Shown here piece by piece: positions 28,359-37,384 of a stretch of DNA of 64,000 nt. Position 1 is the first letter of the stretch, and every line of letters begins with the position of its first letter. The DNA is from Candidatus Sericytochromatia bacterium. GTDB lineage: Bacteria; Cyanobacteriota; Sericytochromatia; S15B-MN24; UBA4093. The stretch covers positions 43,879 through 107,878 of the forward strand of contig JAKFCT010000047.1 of the NCBI GenBank assembly GCA_036676495.1, given 5' to 3'. The position numbers and the translations under genes are program-made. The notes under the pieces were generated by a model. The model did no database searches. It worked only from the letters and a program-made list of their open reading frames with translations, and was not told the DNA's origin.

Positions 28359-29456
28359 CTATACGTTGAAGCGGAAGTGCATGACGTCGCCGTCCTTGAC
28401 CTCGTAGGTCTTCCCTTCGAGGCGAAGGAGGCCCTTCTCCTTGGCGGCGGTTTCCGAGCCGCAGGTGACCAGGTCATGGTAGGCGGTGACCTCGGCCCGG
28501 ATGAAGCCGCGCTCGAAGTCGGTGTGGATGACGCCGGCGGCGCCCGGAGCGAGCGTTCCGCGGGTGATGGTCCAGGCCCGCACCTCCTTGACCCCGGCGG
28601 TGAAGTAGGTGATGAGGTCGAGGATCCGGTAGGTCGAGCGGATCAGCTTATTCAGGCCGCTCTCGGCGACGCCCAGGTCCGAAAGGTACTCGACGGCTTC
28701 CTCGGGGCTGAGCTGGGCGAGCTCGGACTCGATCTGCGCCGAGATGGTGACGACCTCGGCCTTCTCGGAGGCCGCGAACTCCTTGACCTTCTGGACCAGG
28801 GGGAGGTTCTCGGCGTCGGCCAGGTCTCCCTCGGCCACGTTGGCGGCGTAGATCACGGGCTTGTTGGTGAGCAGGGGAACCTGCTTCATGATGACCAGCT
28901 CCTCGGGGGAGAGATCCGCCGTGCGCGCCCACTTGCCCTCATCGAGCTGGGCTTTGATCTTCTCGAGGACGTCGACCAGGGCGGCCGCCGCCTTGTCGCC
29001 GGACTTGGCAGGCTTGCGGTTGCGCTCGAGGATCTTCTCGACGGTGCCGAGGTCCGCGAGGGCCAGCTCGAGGTTGATGGTCTCGATGTCGCGGATCGGA
29101 TCGACTCCGCCCTCGACGTGGGTGATGTTGCCGTCCTCGAAGCAGCGGACCACCTCGACGATGGCATCCACCTCGCGGATATGCGCGAGGAACTGGTTGC
29201 CGAGCCCCTCGCCCTGGCTGGCGCCGCGCACCAGGCCGGCGATGTCCACGAACTCGATGGCGGTCGGGATGACGGTCGTGGTCTTGACGATGCCCTGGAG
29301 CACGCCGAGCCGCTCGTCCGGCACCGTGACGACGCCGACGTTCGGGTCGATGGTGGCGAAGGGGTAGTTCGCAGCGAGGGCGCCCGCCCGGGTCAATGCG
29401 TTAAAAAGGGTCGATTTGCCGACGTTGGGAAGGCCGACGATTCCTGCGCGAAGCAA
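28359..29456 (-). CDS. ychF: Ribosome-binding ATPase YchF
   Basis: GIVGLPNVGKST, ANYPFATIDPN, DIAGLV, GEGLGNQFL, IHTDFERGFIRAE, C-terminal DGDVMHFRFNV. Confidence 0.98.
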   Translation of the reverse strand: MLRAGIVGLPNVGKSTLFNALTRAGALAANYPFATIDPNVGVVTVPDERLGVLQGIVKTTTVIPTAIEFVDIAGLVRGASQGEGLGNQFLAHIREVDAIVEVVRCFEDGNITHVEGGVDPIRDIETINLELALADLGTVEKILERNRKPAKSGDKAAAALVDVLEKIKAQLDEGKWARTADLSPEELVIMKQVPLLTNKPVIYAANVAEGDLADAENLPLVQKVKEFAASEKAEVVTISAQIESELAQLSPEEAVEYLSDLGVAESGLNKLIRSTYRILDLITYFTAGVKEVRAWTITRGTLAPGAAGVIHTDFERGFIRAEVTAYHDLVTCGSETAAKEKGLLRLEGKTYEVKDGDVMHFRFNV

Positions 29457-29518
29457 CGGGTATACCTCCTGGGATGATCGAAGCTGGACGGCCGCGCCAC
29501 GCGGGCCGAACCGCTAGT

Positions 29519-29827
29519 TTACCACCCCGGAAGCCCCGAGACAAAGGGGCGCACCTCGTGATCGATCCGATCCGCCATGGCGTCCTCGGCCACGCTCAGG
29601 TCGTAGCGCTGCTGGAGATTGAGCCAGAGGGCGGGGGTGAGGCCGAAGAACCGGCCCAGACGCAGGGCCAGCTCGGCGGTGACGGGAGCGCGCCCCGCCA
29701 GGACGGCGCGGACGCGCGAGGCCGGGACTCCCAGTTCGCGGGCGAGCTGGGAAGCCGCGAGGCCGTAGGGGCGCATCAGCTCCTCGCGCAGGATCGCTCC
29801 GGGATGGAGAGGGGGCAGGCGCGTCAC
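29519..29827 (-). CDS. higA: HigA family antitoxin
   Basis: HPGAILREE, HTH, VTAELALRLGRFFG..P..WLNLQ..YDL. Confidence 0.9.
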   Translation of the reverse strand: MTRLPPLHPGAILREELMRPYGLAASQLARELGVPASRVRAVLAGRAPVTAELALRLGRFFGLTPALWLNLQQRYDLSVAEDAMADRIDHEVRPFVSGLPGW

Positions 29828-30120
29828 GGAGCGCCGTGCCCCGGAGCGACCAGCTCCACCTGGTAGGCGTCCCCGTCCATCCAGCGGAAGCGCAGGGTCC
29901 AGCCGTCGGCGATCGCCACCTCATGCTGCCCCTTATGCGATCCCCCCGCCAAGGTATGCAGCCGATTCTCCGGCAGGCGCTGGAGATCGGAAAGCCGCAC
30001 GGCGCTGTCGAGCAGCGCGAGCTTGCGCCGCGCGACGCGCATGATCTCAGGGGGCAGGTTCTGCGGGGGCCTCCGCTGAAACAGCGCCTCGGCCTCCGGA
30101 TCCCGAAAGGTCCTCAGCAT
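29824..30120 (-). CDS. higB: HigB/RelE-like toxin, possibly attenuated
   Basis: MLRTFRD....[16 protein letters not shown]...P.NRLH.L; upstream of higA with a 4-nt overlap. Confidence 0.75.
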   Translation of the reverse strand: MLRTFRDPEAEALFQRRPPQNLPPEIMRVARRKLALLDSAVRLSDLQRLPENRLHTLAGGSHKGQHEVAIADGWTLRFRWMDGDAYQVELVAPGHGAP

Positions 30121-30412
30121 GCTCCGAGTCTACGGAAACGGCGCCCAGGGCACCAAGCTCGGGAGGGAGGATCCCCTTGGCGATGAGGGCCTGCTTCTGG
30201 GGGAGGCGCAGGTGGCGGATCCGGTACTCGGCGGAGAGGGCCTGGCCCTTGGTGGGAAACTCCCAGGCGGCGACGGCCGTGACCGGGAGGCGGGCGCGGG
30301 TGTACTTGGCGCCCTTGCCGGCGTTATGCGCGCGGAGGCGGCGGGGGAGATCGGTGGTATAGCCGGTGTAGAGCGTGCCATCGGCGCAGCGCAGCAGGTA
30401 GACCAGGTGCAT
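30047..30412 (-). CDS. GIY-YIG nuclease family protein (UPF0213/YazA-like)
   Basis: [35 protein letters not shown]. Confidence 0.9.
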   Translation of the reverse strand: MHLVYLLRCADGTLYTGYTTDLPRRLRAHNAGKGAKYTRARLPVTAVAAWEFPTKGQALSAEYRIRHLRLPQKQALIAKGILPPELGALGAVSVDSEHAEDLSGSGGRGAVSAEAPAEPAP

Positions 30413-30503
30413 GCCTGTAGCCTAGCGGCCCGGGGCGGGGGAATCAAGCCGCATGCCCTGAAACGACGAAAGGCGCCCTCTGCGGGCGCCGGAAAGGTCC
30501 GGG

Positions 30504-31004
30504 CTAGTGGCGGCCGGAGGATCGCATGCCCATCTGCGCCCAGATCAGGGAGATGGACTCCAGCATGAGGATGCCGTTGCGGTTGCCCGGCTGCGCCAGG
30601 AGGCAGAGGCGCCAGCGGCGCTCCAGGGCCATGAGATCCTCGTGGCTGTAGGCCGTCGGATCGAGGCGGGTGATCACCTGGCGCAGATCGAGATCCAGGG
30701 TCTCGGCCAGCTGGACCAGGACGAAGATCGACGGCTGGGAGACCAGGTTATGCTCGAGTTTGACCAGGTAGGTGGCGTTGATGCCGGTCACGGTCTGAAG
30801 CTGCAAGAGGCTCAGGCCCTTGCTGATGCGGGCCTGACTGAGCACGAAGCCCAAGGACTGGCTGTTGCGCGCCTGCTGCCAGGCGCTGATCAGCTGCGTC
30901 GGGCTCTCGGGCACCCAGCTCGAAGGGATCGCGTCAACGGGCGACGGCGAAGGACGCCTCAAGGCTCTCAAGGCACGGATCAGGGCGTTGAACCACTTCA
31001 ACAT
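30504..31004 (-). CDS. XRE-family helix-turn-helix protein
   Basis: LG..L.QARISKGLSL.QL...TGINATYLVKLE......PS...L.QLA..L. Confidence 0.7.
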   Translation of the reverse strand: MLKWFNALIRALRALRRPSPSPVDAIPSSWVPESPTQLISAWQQARNSQSLGFVLSQARISKGLSLLQLQTVTGINATYLVKLEHNLVSQPSIFVLVQLAETLDLDLRQVITRLDPTAYSHEDLMALERRWRLCLLAQPGNRNGILMLESISLIWAQMGMRSSGRH

Positions 31005-31469
31005 GGGTACCGTCCTTTGGTAGACAGCGCGGGCAGACCTCGGCAGCGTAAAGACCCTTCACAAAAATTATGAATCATCGCCGAGGCCTTGGCAAGACGT
31101 TTAATCGAGAATTCACAGAAGTCTCACCCAAGCTTACCTGGGCTTAACGCAGGATAACCGCTCCCCGCCTCGCACAGCGCCCTGCGGCGCCCGAGCGCAA
31201 AGGAGTCTCAGCCTCCCGAAAACCGCCCCGAACGGCATGCGGGGAAACGGTCATGCTCCAGCCTAACAAGAACGCCCCCCTCTCGGGTTAGCTCCCTTGG
31301 ATGAAGGAATTCAGCAGGCCGGCGCCGGCCCGCCCCCCCACCCGCGATCGGACGCCCGGCCCCCGCAAGCCCCCCCGCCCCGGGCCAATTTCCCGCTTGA
31401 CAAAGCCGAATTTCCGGCGTTCTAGACAAGCGAATCTAGTGGATGCTACAGTGAGTTTCGACGCTGACT

Positions 31470-31485
31470 ACACTACATCTAGTGT
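31470..31485. promoter_or_regulatory. NrdR box (weaker half-matching site at 31427-31442)
   Basis: ACACTACATCTAGTGT fits the acaCwAtATaTwGtg consensus; upstream of nrdJ; TTGACA at 31397. Confidence 0.85.
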
Positions 31486-31620
31486 GAGGCGAACGCCTGG
31501 TTGTTAAATCTTAACAAACCGCCCTTAACTTCTCTGATCGCCAACCGGGACGCCCTTCTCGGCTCATGCCCCAGGATTCTTACCACTCATTCTCGATTCG
31601 ATAGGACACGGAGATTTCGC

Positions 31621-34050
31621 ATGCTCAGTCAGAATGCCTTGACGGTTTTGGACAAGCGCTACCTTCAGAAGGATGAACAGGGCCGCGTCTGCGAGACGCC
31701 GGACGACCTCTTCTGGCGCGTCTCCAACACCCTCGCCCAGATCGACGGCCAGTACGGCGCCACCGCGGCCGAAATCCAGGCGACGGCCCAGCGCTTCCAC
31801 GATCTGATGGCAGGCCTGGACTTCCTCCCCAACTCCCCCACCCTCGCCAACGCCGGCACCCGCACCGGGCAGCTCTCCGCATGCTTCGTCCTGCCCGTCC
31901 AGGACGACCTCGCCGGCATCTTCGAGACCATCAAGCACGCCGCCCTCATCCACCAGACCGGCGGCGGCACCGGCTTCGCCTTCAGCCGCCTGCGCCCCAA
32001 GAACGACCTCGTCGCCTCCACCAAGGGCGTCTCCTCCGGCCCCGTCTCCTTCATGGACGTCTTCAACGCCGCCACCGAATCCATCAAGCAGGGCGGCATG
32101 CGCCGCGGCGCCAACATGGGCATCCTCAAGGTCGACCACCCGGACATCATGGACTTCATCCGGCACAAGGAAGACCTCAGCAAGCTCACCAACTTCAACA
32201 TCTCCGTCGCCGTCACCGACGCCTTCATGGAAGCCGTCGAGCAGGGCAAGCCCTATGATCTCTTGAATCCCCGCTCGGGTGAGGCCGTCGGCCAGCTCGA
32301 CGCCCGCACCGTCTGGGGCGAGATCATCCGCCGCGCCTGGAACACCGGCGAGCCCGGAGTGGTCTTCATCGACCGCATGAACCGCTACTGCCCCGTCTGG
32401 TGGATGGGCCAGTACGAATCCACCAACCCCTGCGGCGAACAGCCCCTCATCCCCTACGAGTCCTGCAACCTCGGCTCGATCAACCTCGAGCGCTTCGTGG
32501 TCGAAGCCCACGGCAAGCCCCAGATCGACTACGCCCGCCTGCGCCACGCCGTCCACCTCTCCACCCACCTCCTCGACAACGTCATCGACGCCAACGTCTA
32601 CCCCATCCCCCAGATCCGCGAGGTCACCCTCGCCACCCGCAAGATCGGCCTGGGCGTCATGGGCTTCGCCCGCATGCTCTTCCGCATGGGCGTCGGCTAC
32701 GGCACCGAAGCCTCCTTCAAGCTGGCCGAGGAAGTCTTCTCGTTCATCGACTTCGAGTCCAAGGTCGCTTCCGTCGAGCTGGCCAAGACCCGCGGCCAGT
32801 TCCCCGGCCGTGACGGCCACGAGGCCGAGTCCAACGTCTTCTTCGAGCGCCTCATGATCGAGCGTGACCGCAACCCCAACCGCCATCCCGAGGCCAACTA
32901 CGCCGCGCTGATCCGCGAGATCGAGGCCTACGGCATCCGCAACTCCACCACCACCACCATCGCCCCCACCGGCACCCTGTCCATCATCGCGGACACCTCC
33001 GGCGGCTGCGAGCCGGTCTTCGCCCTCGCCTTCAAGCGCTGGCAGGCCGACACCCACATGGTGGACGTGGACAAGATCTTCCTCGAAACCGCCAAGGCCC
33101 GCGGCTTCTACTCGGACGCCCTCATGGAGGCCGTCGAGGCCAACCACGGCAGCCTGGTGAACCTCGAGGGCTACGACCTCCCCACCGACGTGCTCACCAC
33201 CTTCGCCACCGCCCACGACATCACCCCCAACGAGCACGTCCTCATCCAGGCCGCCTTCCAGCGCTACAACGACTCGGCCACCTCCAAGACCATCAACTTC
33301 TCCAACCACGCCACGGTCGAGGACGTATCCATCGCCTATCAGCTTGCCTGGGAAACCGGCTGCAAGGGCATCACCATCTACCGCGACGGCTCGCGCCAGT
33401 TCCAGCCCCTCTCCACCCCCAAGGCGGAGCCCAAGGCCGAGCCCAAGGTCGAGGCCAAGCCCGTGGCCGTGGACATGCGCGACCACAAGGTCAAGCCCCG
33501 CACCCGCCCCGAGGACCTTTACGGCTTCACCCGGGTCACCACCACCGGCGACGGGAAGCTCTACACCACCGTCAACTACGACGAGCGCGGCATGCGCGAG
33601 GTGGTGAGCAACATCGGTCGCTCGGGCGGCACGCTGAACTCGCTCTCGGAAGCCATCGGCCGCCTGATCAGCCTCAGCCTGCAGTACAACGTGCCCGCCG
33701 ACGAACTGGCCCAGCAGCTCATCGGCATCCGGTCGGCGAACCCCTACGGCTTCGGCCCCAACCAGGTGCTGTCGATCCCGGACGCCATCGGCAAGGTCCT
33801 CAAGGACTCGCCCCGCCAGCTCGGCCAGATGATGGCCATGCAGCCCCAGGGTCCTGAGCTCCAGCCCCTGACCGTGCCCCAGCCCCAGACCGTGATCGTC
33901 GCGGAGGCCGCCGGCGCCATCAACCGTCACGGCGTCCACGCTGTCGAGGTCTACGGCGAATCCCCCGAGTGCCCCGAGTGCGGCCACTCGCTCGAATTCG
34001 GCGAAGGCTGCGCGGTCTGCCGCGGCTGCGGCTACTCCCGCTGCTCCTAG
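31621..34050 (+). CDS. nrdJ: Class II (adenosylcobalamin-dependent) ribonucleotide reductase
   Basis: PNSPTL.NAG, LSACFV, GGGTG, QGGMRRGANM, TNPCGEQ, CNLGSINL, TIAPTGT, C-terminal SIPD and CPECG...CRGCGYSRC. Confidence 0.96.
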   Translation: MLSQNALTVLDKRYLQKDEQGRVCETPDDLFWRVSNTLAQIDGQYGATAAEIQATAQRFHDLMAGLDFLPNSPTLANAGTRTGQLSACFVLPVQDDLAGIFETIKHAALIHQTGGGTGFAFSRLRPKNDLVASTKGVSSGPVSFMDVFNAATESIKQGGMRRGANMGILKVDHPDIMDFIRHKEDLSKLTNFNISVAVTDAFMEAVEQGKPYDLLNPRSGEAVGQLDARTVWGEIIRRAWNTGEPGVVFIDRMNRYCPVWWMGQYESTNPCGEQPLIPYESCNLGSINLERFVVEAHGKPQIDYARLRHAVHLSTHLLDNVIDANVYPIPQIREVTLATRKIGLGVMGFARMLFRMGVGYGTEASFKLAEEVFSFIDFESKVASVELAKTRGQFPGRDGHEAESNVFFERLMIERDRNPNRHPEANYAALIREIEAYGIRNSTTTTIAPTGTLSIIADTSGGCEPVFALAFKRWQADTHMVDVDKIFLETAKARGFYSDALMEAVEANHGSLVNLEGYDLPTDVLTTFATAHDITPNEHVLIQAAFQRYNDSATSKTINFSNHATVEDVSIAYQLAWETGCKGITIYRDGSRQFQPLSTPKAEPKAEPKVEAKPVAVDMRDHKVKPRTRPEDLYGFTRVTTTGDGKLYTTVNYDERGMREVVSNIGRSGGTLNSLSEAIGRLISLSLQYNVPADELAQQLIGIRSANPYGFGPNQVLSIPDAIGKVLKDSPRQLGQMMAMQPQGPELQPLTVPQPQTVIVAEAAGAINRHGVHAVEVYGESPECPECGHSLEFGEGCAVCRGCGYSRCS

Positions 34051-34091
34051 CGCGAAAGCCGCTTCAACGGCCTGACGCGAAAGACCCGAAC

Positions 34092-34122
34092 GAGGGCCCG
34101 GCTGGTGCCGGGCCCTCCTTTT
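34092..34122 (+). terminator. Intrinsic terminator after nrdJ
   Basis: GAGGGCCCGGC-TGGT-GCCGGGCCCTC-CTTTT. Confidence 0.8.
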
Positions 34123-34318
34123 CGGCTATGATGCTTAAGAACGCGTTATCGACCCGTTCAAGTCCAAGATCGGCTGCGGAGAAGAGTCGCCCTCAAGGTC
34201 GTGACTCCCCGCCTTGATTTGTCTTCCGGTCTTGGATAGCGTGGACGAGGGCCCTGGGCCGAGAGGCCGGACGAAAACGCCGGCGTGCGCCGAGACGAAG
34301 ACGATGGGTAGGGTGACA

Positions 34319-34810
34319 ATGGGTAAAGAGACTGGGAAATCGACGACCGTGGACAAGCCAGACGAAAAAGCCAAGCAGACCGACGACCGCTACACGTTCA
34401 GCATCTTCATCGATGCTCCGCATGATCGGGTCTGGATGGCCATCAAGGATCAGGTCGAGCACCCGAAGCGCGACCCCAAGCAGATCAAGGGCGTCCAGGT
34501 GATCGAGCGCACCCGCAACACGCTCATTCGCGAGCTCAAGCCGAAGCGCGGCCGCGCCATCCGCGAGACCATCACCTTCTTCCCCAATAAGAAGGCCCTG
34601 CGTACCGAGATGAGCCGCGGCCCCTACTCCAGCATCTCCCAGGAGGTCACCAAGGAGAAGGGCCGCACCAAGCTGACCGTCTCCTTCATGCCGCGCCGCA
34701 TGACCCGCCTCTTCCTCAAGATGAAGCAGTGGGCCAAGAAGCGCCCCCTGGAGCTCGACGACCTCATGAACCTCGCCAAGATGCCCACTCCCGCGGGCAA
34801 GAGCAAGTAA
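34319..34810 (+). CDS. SRPBCC/START-like domain protein
   Basis: FSIFIDAPHDRVW pattern followed by beta strands; start uncertain (34304 or 34319). Confidence 0.55.
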   Translation: MGKETGKSTTVDKPDEKAKQTDDRYTFSIFIDAPHDRVWMAIKDQVEHPKRDPKQIKGVQVIERTRNTLIRELKPKRGRAIRETITFFPNKKALRTEMSRGPYSSISQEVTKEKGRTKLTVSFMPRRMTRLFLKMKQWAKKRPLELDDLMNLAKMPTPAGKSK

Positions 34811-34875
34811 GGGAACAAGCCCCCGATCGATCCCGTCCCATGGGTTGTCCCCCTCTTTTGTAGAAAGGTACCCCC

Positions 34876-35442
34876 ATGTTCAAACCCTTGATCGCAGCCC
34901 TGGCCCTGACCCTCACCCTCGCCCCCCTGGCGGAGGCCAAGCCCTGGCGCGACCCGGCGACGCTCGATTTCTCCAAGGCCAACCAGGACCTCTCCAAGGG
35001 CGGCCCCGCCGTCAAGGCCCTCTTCCCCGCCGGTGGGAACGTCGGCTACATGTTCGGCGGCCACGGTGCCGGCTACCTCACCGAGAACCTCTATCTCGGC
35101 GGCGCGGGCTACGGCGGCACGTTCTCCTCGGGCAACACCGTCTCCGGGGGCCTCGGCTACGGCGGCATGCTGATCGGCATGGAGCAGAAGCTCGGAGAGG
35201 CGACCCTCCTCGACCTCAGCCTGCTCGCCGGCGGCGGCGGCGGCGGCCTCGCCCCGGGCGGCGGCGGCAGCTTCGTCCTCGAGCCCAGCGTCTCGATGAG
35301 CCGCCGCTTCGGCGGAGGCGTCCGGGGAACCCTCAGCCTCGGCTACCTCTACATGCCCACGGCCAACACCCTCTCGGGAGCCACCGTCGGGCTCAGCCTC
35401 GCCTTCAAGACCCTGACCTTCACCTTCCCCATCGACGACTAG
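34876..35442 (+). CDS. Secreted Gly/aromatic-rich protein, probable small outer-membrane beta-barrel
   Basis: Signal peptide ending AEA; alternating amphipathic strands (LYLGGAGYGG, LGYGGMLIG, LSLGYLY). Confidence 0.6.
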   Translation: MFKPLIAALALTLTLAPLAEAKPWRDPATLDFSKANQDLSKGGPAVKALFPAGGNVGYMFGGHGAGYLTENLYLGGAGYGGTFSSGNTVSGGLGYGGMLIGMEQKLGEATLLDLSLLAGGGGGGLAPGGGGSFVLEPSVSMSRRFGGGVRGTLSLGYLYMPTANTLSGATVGLSLAFKTLTFTFPIDD

Positions 35443-35455
35443 CCTCTCCCATGCG

Positions 35456-35483
35456 CGAGGCCCCCGGAGTTCCGGGGGCCTCG
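35456..35483. terminator. Hairpin between convergent genes
   Basis: CGAGGCCCCCGGA-GT-TCCGGGGGCCTCG. Confidence 0.6.
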
Positions 35484-35520
35484 TCACGTTTGCGGGAAAA
35501 GCGGCTAGCGCCGTCCGGCC

Positions 35521-36087
35521 TCAGCCCACCCGGCGCGGCCAGGTCTGGGTCTTTTCGAGATGGGCCTGGATCTCCTTCCAGCCCCCCACGCGCACCACCC
35601 GGTGCTCATGCTCGCCGAAGCGGCTCTCCCGGTTGTACGGCCAGTCCATGAGGTAGGTCATGGCGCCGGAAGCGGCCAGGTCCAACGCGTTCTGGGGAGC
35701 GTCGTCGATGAAGAAGTCGAAGGGGCCCGCCGCGGATTTGTAACCCTTGGCGAAGACGATCCCATCGTAGCGGATGCCATGCCGGCGCAGCCACTCCTTG
35801 GTGGTCTCCTCGGCCGCTTCCGCCGGGCGATGCGTCACGATGGTGACCGTGCCGGGAAGCTCGTTGACCAGGTGGTAATCCGCCATGGGCGGCAAATCCA
35901 TCGCGCATTCCATGCAGCGCTCGAAAACCCGCTCCATCAGATCGCGCGAGACCAGGCCCGCGAAGTAGTAGTCCGTCACCTGATCCGGGCTCACCGTCAG
36001 GCCCGTGAGCTCCGTGACGATCTCCAGCATGGCCGGAAAATGGTGGGCCAGGACTCCGTCGACGTCGACGCCAAAATGGGGCTTCAT
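35521..36087 (-). CDS. HAD 5'(3')-deoxyribonucleotidase, NT5C family
   Basis: GVDVDGVL, IVTHR, T.EWL..H, FIDDAPQN, PYN, V.GWKEI. Confidence 0.85.
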   Translation of the reverse strand: MKPHFGVDVDGVLAHHFPAMLEIVTELTGLTVSPDQVTDYYFAGLVSRDLMERVFERCMECAMDLPPMADYHLVNELPGTVTIVTHRPAEAAEETTKEWLRRHGIRYDGIVFAKGYKSAAGPFDFFIDDAPQNALDLAASGAMTYLMDWPYNRESRFGEHEHRVVRVGGWKEIQAHLEKTQTWPRRVG

Positions 36088-36215
36088 GCTTCACTCCTTG
36101 ACTGTTCAGGAGCTTCTTATACCCCGGAAACGGGCCGCACAATCCGCTCGAGGAGGGGTCTCCACGGCGAAACCCCGGAACCGCTCGGGTCCCGGGGTGA
36201 AGGCGTCACGGCGAT

Positions 36216-37082
36216 CTAGGCGACGCCGAAGAAGAAGGGGCCCTGGGAGATGGGTTTATGGAGAATCTCGGCCTTCCGCTCGATGGGAAGCGCCTTCCAG
36301 TAGCTCTCGAAGCGCTTGATGTAGGCAATCTTGGCCTTCTGGCCGGCGTCGTGGAAGCCGTGGGAGTGAAGTTCTTCGATGGCCTGGTCGGCCGTCCAGC
36401 CGTCCCGGGCGATCCGCAGGGCGGCCGCCATGGTCCCCGTGCGGTCCACGCCGTGGAAGCAATGGAAGAAGACCTTGCCGTTCGCCGGATCCAGGGCCGT
36501 CTTCAGGAAGGAAAGCGTCTCGGCATGCGTGGGAGCGCCCAGCGGGGGCAGCGGCAGGTAAATGGCCTTCATCCCGAGGCCTTCCAGGATCTCGGCCTCG
36601 CGGTTGTCCTCGGGGCGCAGGTTGATCACGGTCTTCACGCCGAGCGCCTTCAGCTGGCGGAAGCCTTCCTCAGTCGGCTGAGCCCCGCGCAGCAGCTTCT
36701 CCCCCACCGGGGCCAGCTTCTCCACGTTCGGTCCGTCCGCCTGGCGGGTCATGAGGCCGTAAATCTGATGGCCGGTCTTGGCGATCGCCGGGTGCAAATC
36801 CCCCAGCCAGATCAGCGCCTCGGCGCCCTTGTCCACCGCCTTCACGCGGATGGCCTCGATCGTCCCCTGCCAGGTCTCGGGCAAGGGAGCCTGCGTGGCC
36901 TTGGGAAGCGCCCGATCCAGCGCCACATGAGCGCGGGTCCGAAGCGTGTCCCCCGCGAGCTGCGCCTTGGACCCGGCCGCAGGCGTGGCCTGAGGCGAGG
37001 TTTCGGGGCGCTGCCGGATGGCCAGATCCAGGTGATCGGCGGGGCGGCGTTGAATTGGGGAAGCGGCGCGTGAAATCTGCAT
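36216..37082 (-). CDS. Cys-based dual-specificity/tyrosine phosphatase with low-complexity N-terminus
   Basis: RGAQP, VKTVINLR, FHCFHGVDRTG (HCx5R); AAGGGAGG SD. Confidence 0.85.
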   Translation of the reverse strand: MQISRAASPIQRRPADHLDLAIRQRPETSPQATPAAGSKAQLAGDTLRTRAHVALDRALPKATQAPLPETWQGTIEAIRVKAVDKGAEALIWLGDLHPAIAKTGHQIYGLMTRQADGPNVEKLAPVGEKLLRGAQPTEEGFRQLKALGVKTVINLRPEDNREAEILEGLGMKAIYLPLPPLGAPTHAETLSFLKTALDPANGKVFFHCFHGVDRTGTMAAALRIARDGWTADQAIEELHSHGFHDAGQKAKIAYIKRFESYWKALPIERKAEILHKPISQGPFFFGVA

Positions 37083-37384
37083 GCCTCCCTTATCCGCCAT
37101 GCGGGAGGCGAACTTGACCAAGACCCGGTTAAATTCGCCTAATTCTTTGCCAGTTTCGATCGGCCGATCGGAGGGCCCCCTTGGTAGCGAGGCCTCATTC
37201 CGGGTACAATGCTGAAAGCCGCTCCAAGCAGGTCGTCGTGCGGTCCATGGCCCCGTCGCCTTCGAAATTCCGAGCCGCCGGCGTGTCCAAAGCCCCCGTT
37301 CGGGCTGCCACGACGCCCGTAGGGCCCGTTCCAGGTCGGCTGGCCGCATCCGCATCCCCGTTCGTGACCGTGAGGACCCCCCGC

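Larger units (their letters stand above)
11759..28385. mobile_element. Tandem array of integrase-less islets accreted at the ychF 3' end
   Basis: Direct repeats of the ychF 3' end at 28363, 26760, 23811 and (partial) 11759 bracket accessory cargo; no integrase seen. Confidence 0.65.

Noticed and set aside
11759-28385. Classical integron with attC sites
   Set aside because: No intI, and no RYYYAAC...GTTRRRY hairpin boundaries found; the repeats are direct copies of the ychF end.
31005-31620. Cobalamin riboswitch or ncRNA in the long nrdJ upstream region
   Set aside because: Could not find the B12-box elements in order; only the NrdR box and TTGACA are supportable.
31564-33987. Long antisense ORFs (807 aa here; also 48646-50715, 15265-16974, 20302-21945)
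   Set aside because: Shadow ORFs opposite well-supported high-GC genes, with no recognisable motifs.
34050-34090. c-di-GMP-I riboswitch-like GCGAAAG repeats
   Set aside because: Lies between a stop codon and a terminator and lacks the GGCAAAC element and paired stems.
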